A DNA stretch of 63,645 bases, filler included. It is 4 parts of 4 records of this genome, joined end to end, with 100 filler letters (N's around TTAATTAATTAA, not from the genome) between each part and the next. Parts side by side here need not be neighbours in the genome. Positions count along the whole stretch, not along the records: positions 17,952 to 29,078 come from DRR723986_9565; positions 29,179 to 46,753 come from DRR723986_9585; 2 more parts are not named here. The stretch is one strand, 5' to 3'. Below the pieces are notes generated by a model. It saw only the letters and a list, made by a program, of their open reading frames with translations. It was not told the DNA's origin and did not search any database. Shown in pieces: positions 20,130-31,135 of the stretch (the first letter of the stretch is position 1; every line of letters starts with the position of its first letter). Made by a program: the position numbers and the translations under genes.

Positions 20130-21728
20130 ATGGGGCGGACAGGGACCATATTCGTAGCAATTTGCATGGCCGTGATCGCGCTGTCGTCTGCGACAGTTCT
20201 GGTCTTCCAGTTCGGACGGCCGTTCGGCGAAGCTGTTTCCCTGTCGCTTGCGCTCATGTGCACCATGATCCTGATCCACCTGCTGATCGGTCGTGCACGC
20301 GACCGCGGCGCGGTGAGTGAAGCGGTCGACCGTCTTGAAGAGCGCATGGCGGATCTGGACGAGGATGTCGGCAATCTCGAGGGCAGGCTCACGGGCATGG
20401 AACACACCATGCCGCGCCGTACCCGCGCCGAAATCGACCCTCTGTTTGCTGAAGTTGAAGTTCTGGGCACCTTGGTCAAGCAGATGGCCGAGGCCATGTC
20501 CGACCTTGAAGCGAGGGTCGAGGACCAGCAGGCCATCGCACCGCCGCCGCAGATGCCAAGCCTGCCACGTTATCAGCAGCCGCAGGAGACCTACCAGGAA
20601 GAACGGCGGTCCACCTATCAGGCACCGCAGAACTGGCCTCCGGTTCAGCAGCCTGCGCAGGCCCCGCAGCGCCAGCAGCACGCCCCGGCGTCCTTTTCTC
20701 ATGAAGCGGACAACGGCATGCAGGAGCCCTATGCGCCTGCGGCTGCACCGCGCCGGGACATGAACGATTTCGATCGACGCTATGGTGTGCACGCGCCGCG
20801 TCTCGAGGATAAGCTGGGTCATGTTCCGGTAAAGGAACAGCCGAACCACCAGCAGCAGGATTACGCATTCGATCTGCCGGATGAACCCGACCAGCGCCTT
20901 GCCGCACGTACCGCGATGCCGGCCGAAAAGCCGAAGCCGAACATGGCCATGCGCGAACTGATCACGTCGGCACTCAATGCCAACCGGGTGGAGCTCCACC
21001 TGCAGCCGATCGTGACACTGCCGCAGCGCCAGGTGAAGTACTATGAAGCCTTCACTCGCCTGCGTGATAACGGTGGCAACCTGATCGAAGCATCGGCTTT
21101 TATTCCGGAAGCGGTTCTCTCAGGCCAGATAGCCCGGATCGACAATCTGCTGCTGTTCCGCTCCATCCAGGTCGTGCGCCGCCTGACCTCGCGCAATCGC
21201 AATGCCATCCTGTTCTGCAATATCTCGTCGCAGTCGCTGGTTGACGAAACCTTCTTCCCCGGCTTCCTGGAATTCGTGAAGGCGAACCAGGATCTGGCCG
21301 ATGTGCTTGTGTTCGAATTCTCCCAGGACGATGTCGCCCACATGGGCGGGATGGAGCTGGAAAGCCTGAGTTCGCTGTTCGAAGCCGGGTTCCGCTTCTC
21401 CGTCGACCAGATCGCGGACATGAAGATGGACTTCAACTCCCTGGCGGGCCGGGGTTTCAAATACGGCAAGCTGCACGCCGACTATCTCATCGGGCGCCGC
21501 GAAGCCAAACACGGCCACATCCATCCGTCCGATTTCGGCGACCTGCTTCATCGCTATGGCATGCAGCTGATCACTGATCATGTGGAAACGGAATCCCAGG
21601 TGCTGGAGCTGCTCGACTACGACGTCAAGCTTGCTCAGGGCAACCTGTTCTCGCCGCCGCGCCCGGTGCGTGCGGAAGTGCTGCAGGGCGCACCTGCTCC
21701 CGGCCCGAGACGGTTTGCCGCCGGTTGA
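20130..21728 (+). CDS. TipF-like membrane protein with degenerate EAL domain
   Basis: Two N-terminal TMs, coiled coil, Pro/Gln-rich linker, LQPIV..YYEAFTRL; the DDFG loop is replaced by DQIA. Confidence 0.8.
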   Translation: MGRTGTIFVAICMAVIALSSATVLVFQFGRPFGEAVSLSLALMCTMILIHLLIGRARDRGAVSEAVDRLEERMADLDEDVGNLEGRLTGMEHTMPRRTRAEIDPLFAEVEVLGTLVKQMAEAMSDLEARVEDQQAIAPPPQMPSLPRYQQPQETYQEERRSTYQAPQNWPPVQQPAQAPQRQQHAPASFSHEADNGMQEPYAPAAAPRRDMNDFDRRYGVHAPRLEDKLGHVPVKEQPNHQQQDYAFDLPDEPDQRLAARTAMPAEKPKPNMAMRELITSALNANRVELHLQPIVTLPQRQVKYYEAFTRLRDNGGNLIEASAFIPEAVLSGQIARIDNLLLFRSIQVVRRLTSRNRNAILFCNISSQSLVDETFFPGFLEFVKANQDLADVLVFEFSQDDVAHMGGMELESLSSLFEAGFRFSVDQIADMKMDFNSLAGRGFKYGKLHADYLIGRREAKHGHIHPSDFGDLLHRYGMQLITDHVETESQVLELLDYDVKLAQGNLFSPPRPVRAEVLQGAPAPGPRRFAAG

Positions 21729-22010
21729 TCCGCGCAGAGCGCCTCCGCGTTCCCGAAACGATAATCTGCGTCGACATTTCAGCTGCTCCTAACCGACGGA
21801 GCAGCCCATGACAGTGGTCTGCCGCCATATGGCAAAAGCTGGCGGCTTGAGGGCTTTTCCACTCGGCCTCTTCAAGTACCGACCTGGATCCTCCTGTGTC
21901 ACCCCGGACAGGCGGGTCGCAATGCCTGTCTCGAATGCACGTTGTCTGCCTTGAAGGCTGGTCCCAGGCTCGAGCAGTGATGATCGCACTTCAGTCTGGC
22001 AGGCAAAATC

Positions 22011-22040
22011 AAAAACGCCCCGGTTTGAGCCGGGGCGTTT
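22011..22040 (-). terminator. Intrinsic terminator of the M16 peptidase pair
   Basis: AAACGCCCCGG/CCGGGGCGTTT stem with an A-run on the left (U-tract on the minus strand). Confidence 0.8.
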
Positions 22041-22072
22041 GTCATTGAGGCAGTGTCGTTGGTGGTTTGGGG

Positions 22073-23401
22073 CTACCCCTGTTTCGGGCCGACGGTCACC
22101 ACTGTCGGAGCCTTGTCGGCCAGCAGGCGCTTGGCCACCCGTTTGACGTCGTCCAGCGAAATAGCCTCGATCTCGCTGTTGCGGCGGTCGAAATAGTCGA
22201 TCCCCAGTTCTGCATTCTGCAGAGCGACCAACTGCCGGGCAATCTTGCCGGAACTGTCGAAGCGCAGAGGGTAAGAGCCGGTCAGATACTGTTTGGCAGA
22301 CTGCAATTCGTCTTCGCTCGGTCCGGTCTCGGCCATGCGACTGATCTGTTCCAACATGATCTTCACCGTCTCGTCCGCCCGGTCCGCCTTGGTCGCTGCA
22401 TTGGCGATCAGAAGACCCGTGTGTGCGTAAGGAGAAAGAGATGTGCCGGCGCCGTAGGAAAGCCCGCGCTTTTCCCGCACTTCTTCATACATCCAGGAGG
22501 TGAAGGTGCCGCCACCCAGAATGTGGTTCATCACAAAGGCGGCCTGATAGTCCGGATCATCACGTGTCAGTCCGGGAAGACCGAGCAGGATCGTGGTTTG
22601 CGGTACTGCCAGCTGCTGGTTTACTCCGGTTCCGAATTCCGGTTCGAAATCGGCAATCTGCACCAGCTGTCCTTCCTCCTGCAGCGGAGCAAAGACCTTG
22701 TCGAGAACTCCGGCGAGGGTTTCAGCATCGATTGCACCGACGACACCGATGATCAGCCCTTTGCGGGCGAGAAGCTTGCCCTGCTGGTTTGCAAGGTAAT
22801 CCGCGTTCAGGCCGGCCAGTGTTTCGGCGGTGCCAAGCGTTGGCCGGGCGTAGGGGTGATCACCGAACATAGCTTCGGCAAGGGCTCTTCCGGCAATCGC
22901 ATCCGGATCGCTTTCGTTGCGTCTCGCCCTTTGGGACAGCTGGGCCTTCATCCGCTCCACCGGGGCTTCGTCAAAGCGCGGCTCGTTCACGGCGAGGGCC
23001 AGAAGGTCACTGGCCTCGTCAAGGGTCGGCGTCAGGGTCCGCAAGCTGCCGTAGAACCGGTCCTTGCCGGTGCTGAAGTTGATGCTGATGGTAAGTTCTT
23101 CGAGCTTAGCCTGGAAGGTCTCGGAATCCATCTCACCCGCGCCTTCGTCCAGCGTCGCTGCAAGCAGGCGCGTCAGGCCTTCCTTTCCGACAGGGTCCTG
23201 CGCGGAGCCGCCGTCGAAGGAAAAATCGAGCGCAATGATAGGCACGGTATGGTCTTCTACCAGCCAGGCAGTGATGCCTTTGGGGCTGGTGACTTCCTGG
23301 ATCTCGACGGCCTGCGCCAGCCTCATCAGGCCAAGCAGGGCGACAAGCGACAAAGCGAGGGCGGAGACCGGACCGCGCAGGGAGAAGAGGGTGTGTGCCA
23401 T
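22073..23401 (-). CDS. M16B peptidase, non-catalytic subunit
   Basis: M16 fold motifs, no HXXEH (GLTRLLA instead), VREKRGLSY R/Y motif, signal peptide. Confidence 0.88.
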   Translation of the reverse strand: MAHTLFSLRGPVSALALSLVALLGLMRLAQAVEIQEVTSPKGITAWLVEDHTVPIIALDFSFDGGSAQDPVGKEGLTRLLAATLDEGAGEMDSETFQAKLEELTISINFSTGKDRFYGSLRTLTPTLDEASDLLALAVNEPRFDEAPVERMKAQLSQRARRNESDPDAIAGRALAEAMFGDHPYARPTLGTAETLAGLNADYLANQQGKLLARKGLIIGVVGAIDAETLAGVLDKVFAPLQEEGQLVQIADFEPEFGTGVNQQLAVPQTTILLGLPGLTRDDPDYQAAFVMNHILGGGTFTSWMYEEVREKRGLSYGAGTSLSPYAHTGLLIANAATKADRADETVKIMLEQISRMAETGPSEDELQSAKQYLTGSYPLRFDSSGKIARQLVALQNAELGIDYFDRRNSEIEAISLDDVKRVAKRLLADKAPTVVTVGPKQG

Positions 23402-23403
23402 GA

Positions 23404-24885
23404 TCAGGACTTGTCCTTCGTCTGGGGCGCATCGGATTGGGCGGCATCGGGCACGACTGGCGGTTCCATGCGCAACTCTCCGACCACGGGGAGGCCGGCG
23501 AGATAGGTGCGGGCCGCATCCAGGACATCTTCAGGGGTGACAGCCTGCACCTGCGAAGGCCAGGTCTGGACGTTTTCGATCGTTTGCCCAGTGGTCAGGG
23601 CACCGCCGAAAAGGCGTGCCAGGCCGGATTGGCTGTCCTGGGCGTAGATCGCGCTGGCGACCATGCTGTTTCGGGCGCGTTCGACTTCTTCTTCCGTGAC
23701 GCCGGTCTCGAGCAGTTTCTGAAGTTCGGCCGCTATCAGCCGCTCCATGTCTTCCAGCGTGTAGCCGGGGCGCGGCACGGCGTAGAGACCGAAGCGGCCG
23801 TTATCAAGGGCGCTGCCCTGATAATAGGCGCCGGCGCTGAGGGCGGCTTCCTGGTCGAGAACCAGTGCCTTGTGCAGGCGGCTGGAGGGCCCTTCGCCCA
23901 GAATATACGACAGTATGTCCAGCGCCTCCGGCGTGCGGCCTTCGCCGGTGGTCTGGCTCGGCACGATCCAGATTTGCGACAGGGACTCCTGGCGCACCCG
24001 CGGATCGGAAACGGCAATGCGTCTTTCACCCGCAAGCGGCGGCTCGGCCGGCCGGAGGCGTTCTCCAGGCTCTGCGCGCCGGGCAACCTTGCCGTAGGTT
24101 TCCTGCGCAAGCTTGCGAACCGCATCAACGTCCACATCACCGGCAATTACCACCACCGCGTTGTTGGGCGTGTAGAACCGGTCGTAGAAGGCGATCGCAG
24201 CTTCCTTGTTGAGCGCTTCGATTTCGCTCTGCCAGCCGATGACGGGTGAGCCGTAGGGGTGGTTGACGAAGGTGATGGAATTCAGCGCCTCCTGCAGCCG
24301 GGAACCGGGTTCACTGTCGACCCGCATGCGCCGCTCTTCCAGAACCACGTCCCGTTCCGGCGTCACGACTTCGTCGCTCAGAACCAGGTTCTCCATCCGG
24401 TCGGCTTCCAGCTTCATCATGAGCGGCAGATGCTGCTTGGCGACCTTCTGGAAATAGGCAGTGTAGTCGGTGCTGGTGAAGGCGTTCTCCTGGCCACCAC
24501 GATCGGCAACCATCTTGGAGAATTCTCCGTTGGGATGGTCGTGAGTACCCTTGAACATCAAATGTTCGAGAAAATGCGCAACACCAGACTGACCTTCCGG
24601 TTCATCGGCGGAACCGACCTTGTACCAGATCATGTGGGTGACAACCGGTGCCCGGCGGTCCGGGATGACCACGACCTGCAAACCGTTATCCAGCGTGAAG
24701 CTTTCAAGGTTCGGCGCAATCATCAGGTTCCCTGCCGTTGCCGGCGCGGAAAAGGAACTTCCCGGCACAAGGGCCATGCCGCCGCCCAGCAGGAGCGCAG
24801 GCATCAGCACAAGGCCGATGGAGCGCTTCAACCGCCTTACGGGGGATGTCTTGTCGTGCTTCGAGGACGATGGGTTCACGTGCAA
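23404..24885 (-). CDS. M16B zinc peptidase, catalytic subunit
   Basis: GVAHFLEHLMFKGT (HXXEH), NAFTS, VVLEERRMR. Confidence 0.93.
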   Translation of the reverse strand: MHVNPSSSKHDKTSPVRRLKRSIGLVLMPALLLGGGMALVPGSSFSAPATAGNLMIAPNLESFTLDNGLQVVVIPDRRAPVVTHMIWYKVGSADEPEGQSGVAHFLEHLMFKGTHDHPNGEFSKMVADRGGQENAFTSTDYTAYFQKVAKQHLPLMMKLEADRMENLVLSDEVVTPERDVVLEERRMRVDSEPGSRLQEALNSITFVNHPYGSPVIGWQSEIEALNKEAAIAFYDRFYTPNNAVVVIAGDVDVDAVRKLAQETYGKVARRAEPGERLRPAEPPLAGERRIAVSDPRVRQESLSQIWIVPSQTTGEGRTPEALDILSYILGEGPSSRLHKALVLDQEAALSAGAYYQGSALDNGRFGLYAVPRPGYTLEDMERLIAAELQKLLETGVTEEEVERARNSMVASAIYAQDSQSGLARLFGGALTTGQTIENVQTWPSQVQAVTPEDVLDAARTYLAGLPVVGELRMEPPVVPDAAQSDAPQTKDKS

Positions 24886-24969
24886 CTCCCGTTCTTTGTC
24901 GTTCGAACAGCATGCGCTTCAACCAGGTGCGGGAAAAGCGCAAAGCCGGGCAATTTCATGGTGGCCAAC

Positions 24970-25020
24970 AAAAAAGACCTCCGGACCTATCCTCCATATA
25001 GGAGGTGCGGTCCGGAGGTC
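24970..25020 (-). terminator. Long hairpin terminator after the lipoprotein gene
   Basis: GACCTCCGGACC/GGTCCGGAGGTC outer stem, CCTCC/GGAGG inner stem, A-run at 24970-24975. Confidence 0.7.
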
Positions 25021-25075
25021 CCGTTACAATTTTGTCATCTGCTTTTCGGACCCTGAAGTCCGGTCACTGAAGAGA

Positions 25076-25807
25076 TCAGTTACAGAAGTTCTGGTCGCCT
25101 TCCAGGCAGCGCGGATCGAGCGGCTTGGAGTCGTACTCGTCGTAATTCGTCGGCTTGCGCTTTTTCTTCACCACTTCCGGCATCGGTGCATCCGGAGAAG
25201 GCGTGCTGTAGCCGGTGGGCGGATCGGTCAGGTAGCGGCGTGCGGACAGGCCGTTCTGCTCGATACCTGCCTGCTGGGACCGCAACTGCTGCAGGCGCTC
25301 CCATTCGGCCCGCTGCTCTTCACGTGTCAGCTTTCCGCCTTCGGTAATCTCGTTGAAGCGGCGCTCCGCGTCGAGATCGCGATTCTGACCGGTAACACCG
25401 GTAATCTTGAAGCCGCGCATCTGTTCCGGGGTCAGCGCTTCGCTGTTCATGCTGCCGGTCTTGCCGGAGCTGGCATAAAGCTGCTTCAGCTCGGTCAGCT
25501 GTTCGTTTTCACGCTGCTTCGGCCAGTTCTGATCGTTCACACCGGCAACATTCGTTTCCGGTTCGGGAAGGTTCGTTGGCTCTGCGGGCATGGCCAGCGG
25601 TCCGCGAGGTTTGTACTCGATCTGCTTTTCGTTCGGATCGACGGCGCCAAGGCCTTTCATCACGGTGTCGACAAGGGCGACATCCGGTGCCTGGCTCGTG
25701 CCATCCGCGGCCTGGCATGCGGCCAAACCGGCCAAAAGCACCAGCACTGCAGAATTCTTTACAAACCCAACTAACGTCCGCACTGCGCAGACCCCTCGAT
25801 TTCTCAT
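25076..25807 (-). CDS. Hypothetical lipoprotein
   Basis: Lipobox LAAC; IEYKPRGPLAMP and RRYLTDPPTGY motifs; lies between lspA and the M16 pair. Confidence 0.75.
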   Translation of the reverse strand: MRNRGVCAVRTLVGFVKNSAVLVLLAGLAACQAADGTSQAPDVALVDTVMKGLGAVDPNEKQIEYKPRGPLAMPAEPTNLPEPETNVAGVNDQNWPKQRENEQLTELKQLYASSGKTGSMNSEALTPEQMRGFKITGVTGQNRDLDAERRFNEITEGGKLTREEQRAEWERLQQLRSQQAGIEQNGLSARRYLTDPPTGYSTPSPDAPMPEVVKKKRKPTNYDEYDSKPLDPRCLEGDQNFCN

Positions 25808-25861
25808 AAAAAACAGCCGGCAGCACTCCGCCCGCGATCAGTCGTTGTCCAGCCTAAACCA

Positions 25862-26395
25862 TTATTTTGCGGCTGAATTAGGACCATCTCGGAAACTGTC
25901 ATACAGGAGACCGACGACGCCCGCAACGATCCACACATCTGCCAGGTTGAACACGTACCAGGAGAACGTGCCGACGTGGAAATGGACGAAGTCGACGACG
26001 GCGCCATAGGTCAGTCTGTCGATCCCGTTTCCGATCGCCCCGCCAATGACCAGCGCCAGGGCAAGGGCCACCAGGCGTGACTGGCAACGCGCCGACCAGA
26101 CCCACAGGCCAATCGTGACTGCAATCGTCACACCGGCCAGAAGCCAGCGGCCCAGGTCGCTGTTCTGCTGGAACAGGCCATAGGAAATACCACGGTTCCA
26201 GACCAGAACGATCTCGAGAACCGGCAAAAGGTCAACCGGGCCGTTGCGGGCAAGATCAAAGCCGTAAACCAGCCAGAGTTTGCTGCCCTGGTCGATGGCA
26301 ACACCGACAAGCGCGATCAGAAGCACAAAGGTGCTGAAACGGCCCCAGAGAAGGGGCCGTTTCGTATTGTTGGAAGATGAATCCTGTTGCGTCAT
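25862..26395 (-). CDS. lspA: Lipoprotein signal peptidase II
   Basis: DQGSK, NRGISYG, GAIGNGIDR, VVDF and FNLAD motifs; directly downstream of ileS. Confidence 0.96.
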   Translation of the reverse strand: MTQQDSSSNNTKRPLLWGRFSTFVLLIALVGVAIDQGSKLWLVYGFDLARNGPVDLLPVLEIVLVWNRGISYGLFQQNSDLGRWLLAGVTIAVTIGLWVWSARCQSRLVALALALVIGGAIGNGIDRLTYGAVVDFVHFHVGTFSWYVFNLADVWIVAGVVGLLYDSFRDGPNSAAK

Positions 26396-26416
26396 CGTGA
26401 CCGGGAACCCTGCCGC

Positions 26417-29077
26417 TCAGGCTGCGGCATGGGCAGCGTCCCATTCACGCAGGGCGGCAGCATCGCGCAGGGTCACATCCGGATAATCCGGATCGGAGCC
26501 TACTTCCGGCAGGATCTTCCAGGAACGGGCGCATTTGGTACCCTCGGCAAGGCCGGGCACGACAGCCACACCCTTGGTGTCGCCGAGCGTGAACGCGCCT
26601 TCCGGTGCCGGTTCGCTGCTAAGCGTCAACTGGCTGGTGATGGCGATGTCCGCCATGTCCTTGCCCTTGAGCGCGTCCATCAGTTCCGGATCGGTGACAT
26701 GCACGACCGGGTGAGCTTCCAGCGAGGAGCCGATCCGCTTTTCACGGCGTTCGATTTCCAGCGCGCCGGTGATCACGCGGCGAACCGTCTTGATCTTCGC
26801 CCACTTGGCGGCCAGTGCATCGTCACGCCATTCGGCCGGGACGGTCGGGAACTGCTCCAGGTGAACGCAGGCATCCTCGCCGTAACGGGAGGTCCAGGTT
26901 TCGTCCATGGTGAACGGCATCATCGGTGCGAGCCAGGTCACCAGGCAATCGAACAGCTTGTCGATCACGAAAAGCGACGCCTTGCGGCGCACGGACGAAG
27001 CCGCATCGCAATAAAGCGCGTCCTTGCGGATGTCGAAATAGAAGGCCGACAGTTCCACCGTCATGAAAGTGAACAGCTGGTGGAAGACCTTCTTGTAGTC
27101 GAACTCCCAGTAGGCTTCACGGATCATCTTGTCGAGTTCGACCAGCCTGTGCAGCATCAGCCGCTCCAGCTCAGGCATGTCGGCCAGTGCTACTTCTTCA
27201 CCGGTGGCATGGCCAAGCGAACCCAGCATCCAGCGCAGCGTGTTGCGCAGCTTGCGGTAGCTGTCGACGCTGGTCTTGATGATCTCCGGCCCGAGGCGCT
27301 GGTCTTCCCAATAGTCGGTGGAGGCCACCCACAGGCGCAGGATGTCGGCGCCATACTGCTTGATGACGTCCTGCGGGAACACCTGGTTGCCGAGAGACTT
27401 CGACATCTTGCGGCCGTCTTCTGCCATGGTGAAGCCATGGGTCAGAACGGCGTCGTAAGGCGCATGACCGCGTGTGCCGCAGCTTTCCAGCAGCGAGGAA
27501 TGGAACCAGCCGCGATGCTGGTCGGAGCCTTCAAGGTAAAGGACATAGTCCTTGCCGCCGTCGGTCTTGCGCTTGGGCGCGAGATCTTCGCGCTGTTCCA
27601 GAACGAAGGCATGGGTGGAGCCACTGTCGAACCAGACATCCAGGATGTCACGGACCATGTCCCACTCGTCTGCCTTGTAGTCGTTGCCCAGGAAACGCTC
27701 CTTGGCGCCGTCCGCAAACCAGGCGTCGGCACCCTCCGCCACGAAGGCATCGAAGATGCGCTTGTTGACGGCTTCGTCCTTCAGGACTTCAGAAGTTTCC
27801 TTGTGGATGAACACGGTGATCGGCACACCCCAGGCGCGCTGGCGCGACAGAACCCAGTCCGGCCGGTTCTCGATCATGGAGCGCAGACGGTTCTGGCCGG
27901 CAACCGGCACGAAGCGTGTCTCGTCGATGGCGTTCAGTGCCCGCGTGCGCAGCGTGTCGCCTTCGCCGGACAATTGCTTGTCCATGTAGACGAACCACTG
28001 CGGCGTGTTGCGGAAGATCACCGGCTTCTTGGAACGCCAGGAATGCGGATAGGAATGCTTCAACCGGCCGAGGCCGATCAGGTTGCCGCTTTCCTTCAGC
28101 TTTTCGATCACGGCCTTGTTGGCCTTGCCCTTCTCGCCCTTGTGCGTGATGACTTCGCAACCTTCGAAGCCAGGCGCATCCTTGGTATAGAAGCCGTCAT
28201 CGGCAACAGTGAAGGGGATCGCGGTGTTGATACCGCGTGCTTCCAGATCGGCCCGTTTGGTCATCCAGATTTCAAAGTCGTCCGTGCCGTGGCCGGGTGC
28301 CGTGTGCACGAAGCCGGTACCGGCATCGTCGGTGACATGGTCACCGTCCAGCAGCGGCACGTCGAATTCGTAACCGCCGAGATCGAGCCCTGCCAGCGGA
28401 TGAGCACAGGTCAGGGTTTCCAGCTCGTCGTTGCTGACGGACCGGACACGCGCAAAATCGGTGATACGGGCGTTCTTGAACACTTCGTCGGCGAGGGCAT
28501 CCGCCAGGATCAGCTTGTCGCCCTTCTGGACCCAGTTGTCGTCCGGCAGTCCGTCCTGCGTAACCTCGTAGAGGCTGTAGTCGATGCGCGAGGAATAGCT
28601 GATGGCGCGGTTGCCCGGGATGGTCCAGGGCGTGGTCGTCCAGATCACGACCGAAGCGTCCAGCAATTCCTCGACAGCCGCTTCATCCCGTCCGCCGGCA
28701 CTTTCGACCGGGAACTTCACCCAGATCATGTCGGACTGGTAGTCCTGATACTCGATCTCGGCTTCGGCAAGCGCAGTCTTTTCGACCACCGACCACATCA
28801 CCGGCTTGGAACCGCGGTAAAGCTGGCCGGAGGTTGCGAACTTCATCAGTTCCCGGGCAATCACGGCTTCGCTCTCGAAGCGCATCGTCAGGTAAGGGTT
28901 GTCCCAGTCGCCCTCGATGCCGAGGCGCTTGAACTCCTTGCGCTGAACGTCGATCCAGTGCTCGGCGAATTCGCGGCACTCGCGGCGGAATTCGTTGATC
29001 GGCACCTCGTCCTTGTTCTTGCCCTTGGCGCGGTACTGCTCCTCGATCTTCCATTCGATCGGCAGGCCGTGGCAGTC
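26417..29077 (-). CDS. ileS: Isoleucine--tRNA ligase (5' end truncated by the contig edge)
   Basis: DCHGLPIE at the gap, [36 protein letters not shown]. Confidence 0.97.
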   Translation of the reverse strand, partial: DCHGLPIEWKIEEQYRAKGKNKDEVPINEFRRECREFAEHWIDVQRKEFKRLGIEGDWDNPYLTMRFESEAVIARELMKFATSGQLYRGSKPVMWSVVEKTALAEAEIEYQDYQSDMIWVKFPVESAGGRDEAAVEELLDASVVIWTTTPWTIPGNRAISYSSRIDYSLYEVTQDGLPDDNWVQKGDKLILADALADEVFKNARITDFARVRSVSNDELETLTCAHPLAGLDLGGYEFDVPLLDGDHVTDDAGTGFVHTAPGHGTDDFEIWMTKRADLEARGINTAIPFTVADDGFYTKDAPGFEGCEVITHKGEKGKANKAVIEKLKESGNLIGLGRLKHSYPHSWRSKKPVIFRNTPQWFVYMDKQLSGEGDTLRTRALNAIDETRFVPVAGQNRLRSMIENRPDWVLSRQRAWGVPITVFIHKETSEVLKDEAVNKRIFDAFVAEGADAWFADGAKERFLGNDYKADEWDMVRDILDVWFDSGSTHAFVLEQREDLAPKRKTDGGKDYVLYLEGSDQHRGWFHSSLLESCGTRGHAPYDAVLTHGFTMAEDGRKMSKSLGNQVFPQDVIKQYGADILRLWVASTDYWEDQRLGPEIIKTSVDSYRKLRNTLRWMLGSLGHATGEEVALADMPELERLMLHRLVELDKMIREAYWEFDYKKVFHQLFTFMTVELSAFYFDIRKDALYCDAASSVRRKASLFVIDKLFDCLVTWLAPMMPFTMDETWTSRYGEDACVHLEQFPTVPAEWRDDALAAKWAKIKTVRRVITGALEIERREKRIGSSLEAHPVVHVTDPELMDALKGKDMADIAITSQLTLSSEPAPEGAFTLGDTKGVAVVPGLAEGTKCARSWKILPEVGSDPDYPDVTLRDAAALREWDAAHAAA

Positions 29078-29078
29078 C

Positions 29079-29178
29079 NNNNNNNNNNNNNNNNNNNNNN
29101 NNNNNNNNNNNNNNNNNNNNNNTTAATTAATTAANNNNNNNNNNNNNNNNNNNNNNNNNNNNNNNNNNNNNNNNNNNN
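29079..29178. other. Artificial contig linker
   Basis: N-run with central TTAATTAATTAA. Confidence 0.99.
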
Positions 29179-30125
<947 letters not shown>

Positions 30126-30281
30126 AGAAAACTCTTCCGGGTGTCGTTATTAACGTCGTGTTTTACGTTTTGGCGCGGGATCATAGCAAAAATGCTGAAA
30201 GGCGTCTTAGTACGGATGATCATTATCAAGTTCCGTTTTGCCTGTCCGCCGTTGGGATAAGGGAAATTGATTACCCCATTA

Positions 30282-30306
30282 ATGCCCGACTATTTTACTT
30301 GGTCTT
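30282..30306 (+). promoter_or_regulatory. Putative IscR type-1 site upstream of nfuA
   Basis: ATGCCCGACTATTTTACTTGGTCTT resembles ATASYYGACTRWWWYAGTCRRSTAT (good left half, weaker right half); nfuA is a known IscR target in gammaproteobacteria. Confidence 0.5.
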
Positions 30307-30363
30307 TTATGTTCCGGCGATCTCTCATAAAATGTCAGTCACACTTGATAACAGGTAGGAAGC

Positions 30364-30951
30364 ATGGCTCTGGTAACTGTGACTGATTCCGCAAGGGATT
30401 ATCTTGCGCAACTGATTGAAAAGCAGGACGTTGAAGGTATGGGCGTACGCATTTTCGTGACCCAGCCCGGCACCCGCAACGCAGAGACCTGTCTGGCATA
30501 CTGTCCGCCCAATGAAGTTGTGCCAACCGATGAGCAGGTCAACCTGGAGAAGTTTACTCTGTATCTGGATCATAATTCGGTGCCGTTCCTGGAAGACGCC
30601 TATGTCGACTACTCCAAGGATCAGATGGGCGGGCAACTGACCATCAAGGCGCCTAATGCCAAGGTGCCGCAGGTGGCTGATGATGCGCCCCTGCCGGAGC
30701 GTGTGAACTACGTGCTGGCCTCTGAAATCAATCCCAACCTGGCAGCTCATGGCGGTGATGTTTCGCTGGTTGAGATTGTTGACGAATCGGTTGCGGTGTT
30801 GCGCTTTGGTGGCGGCTGCCAGGGCTGCTCTGCGGTCAGCCTTACGCTGAAGCAGGGTGTCGAGAAGACCCTGAAGGAACGCGTACCTGAAATCTCCGCG
30901 GTGCGTGATGTGACAGATCACTCGAATACCGAAAACGCTTACTATCAGTAA
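30364..30951 (+). CDS. nfuA: Fe/S biogenesis protein NfuA
   Basis: Degenerate ATC domain ([13 protein letters not shown]) plus NifU-C domain (HGGDV..GGGCQGC). Confidence 0.95.
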   Translation: MALVTVTDSARDYLAQLIEKQDVEGMGVRIFVTQPGTRNAETCLAYCPPNEVVPTDEQVNLEKFTLYLDHNSVPFLEDAYVDYSKDQMGGQLTIKAPNAKVPQVADDAPLPERVNYVLASEINPNLAAHGGDVSLVEIVDESVAVLRFGGGCQGCSAVSLTLKQGVEKTLKERVPEISAVRDVTDHSNTENAYYQ

Positions 30952-31135
30952 GTTGCCCCCTTCCTCCGGCAGTCGCCCCTTCTCTGGCGGCTGCCAGAAA
31001 CACCCGCCTTGCCTGGCTACACGGCCAATGGCCTGTTAAGCGCAATACTTCATTATCGGTCACATAAACAGAATCAAAGCCCGGGTATTATCCGTGCCGT
31101 GTGAGCGAACGCTTTTCTTGATTTCGGGGTAACGC

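Noticed and set aside
21895..21975. Possible degenerate rhizobial palindromic repeat (TGTCACCCCGGAC...GGTCCCAGGCTCG)
   Set aside because: Single partial copy without a matching closing arm in this window
22073..23401. M16 peptidase lacking HXXEH as a pseudogene or novelty
   Set aside because: It is the expected non-catalytic partner of an M16B heterodimer
26450..26540. IleS C-terminal zinc finger lacking most cysteines (KCARSW...DVTLRD)
   Set aside because: A common variant in alphaproteobacterial IleRS; not novel
26387..29134. 915-aa plus-strand ORF
   Set aside because: Antisense shadow of ileS; it ends only in the artificial linker
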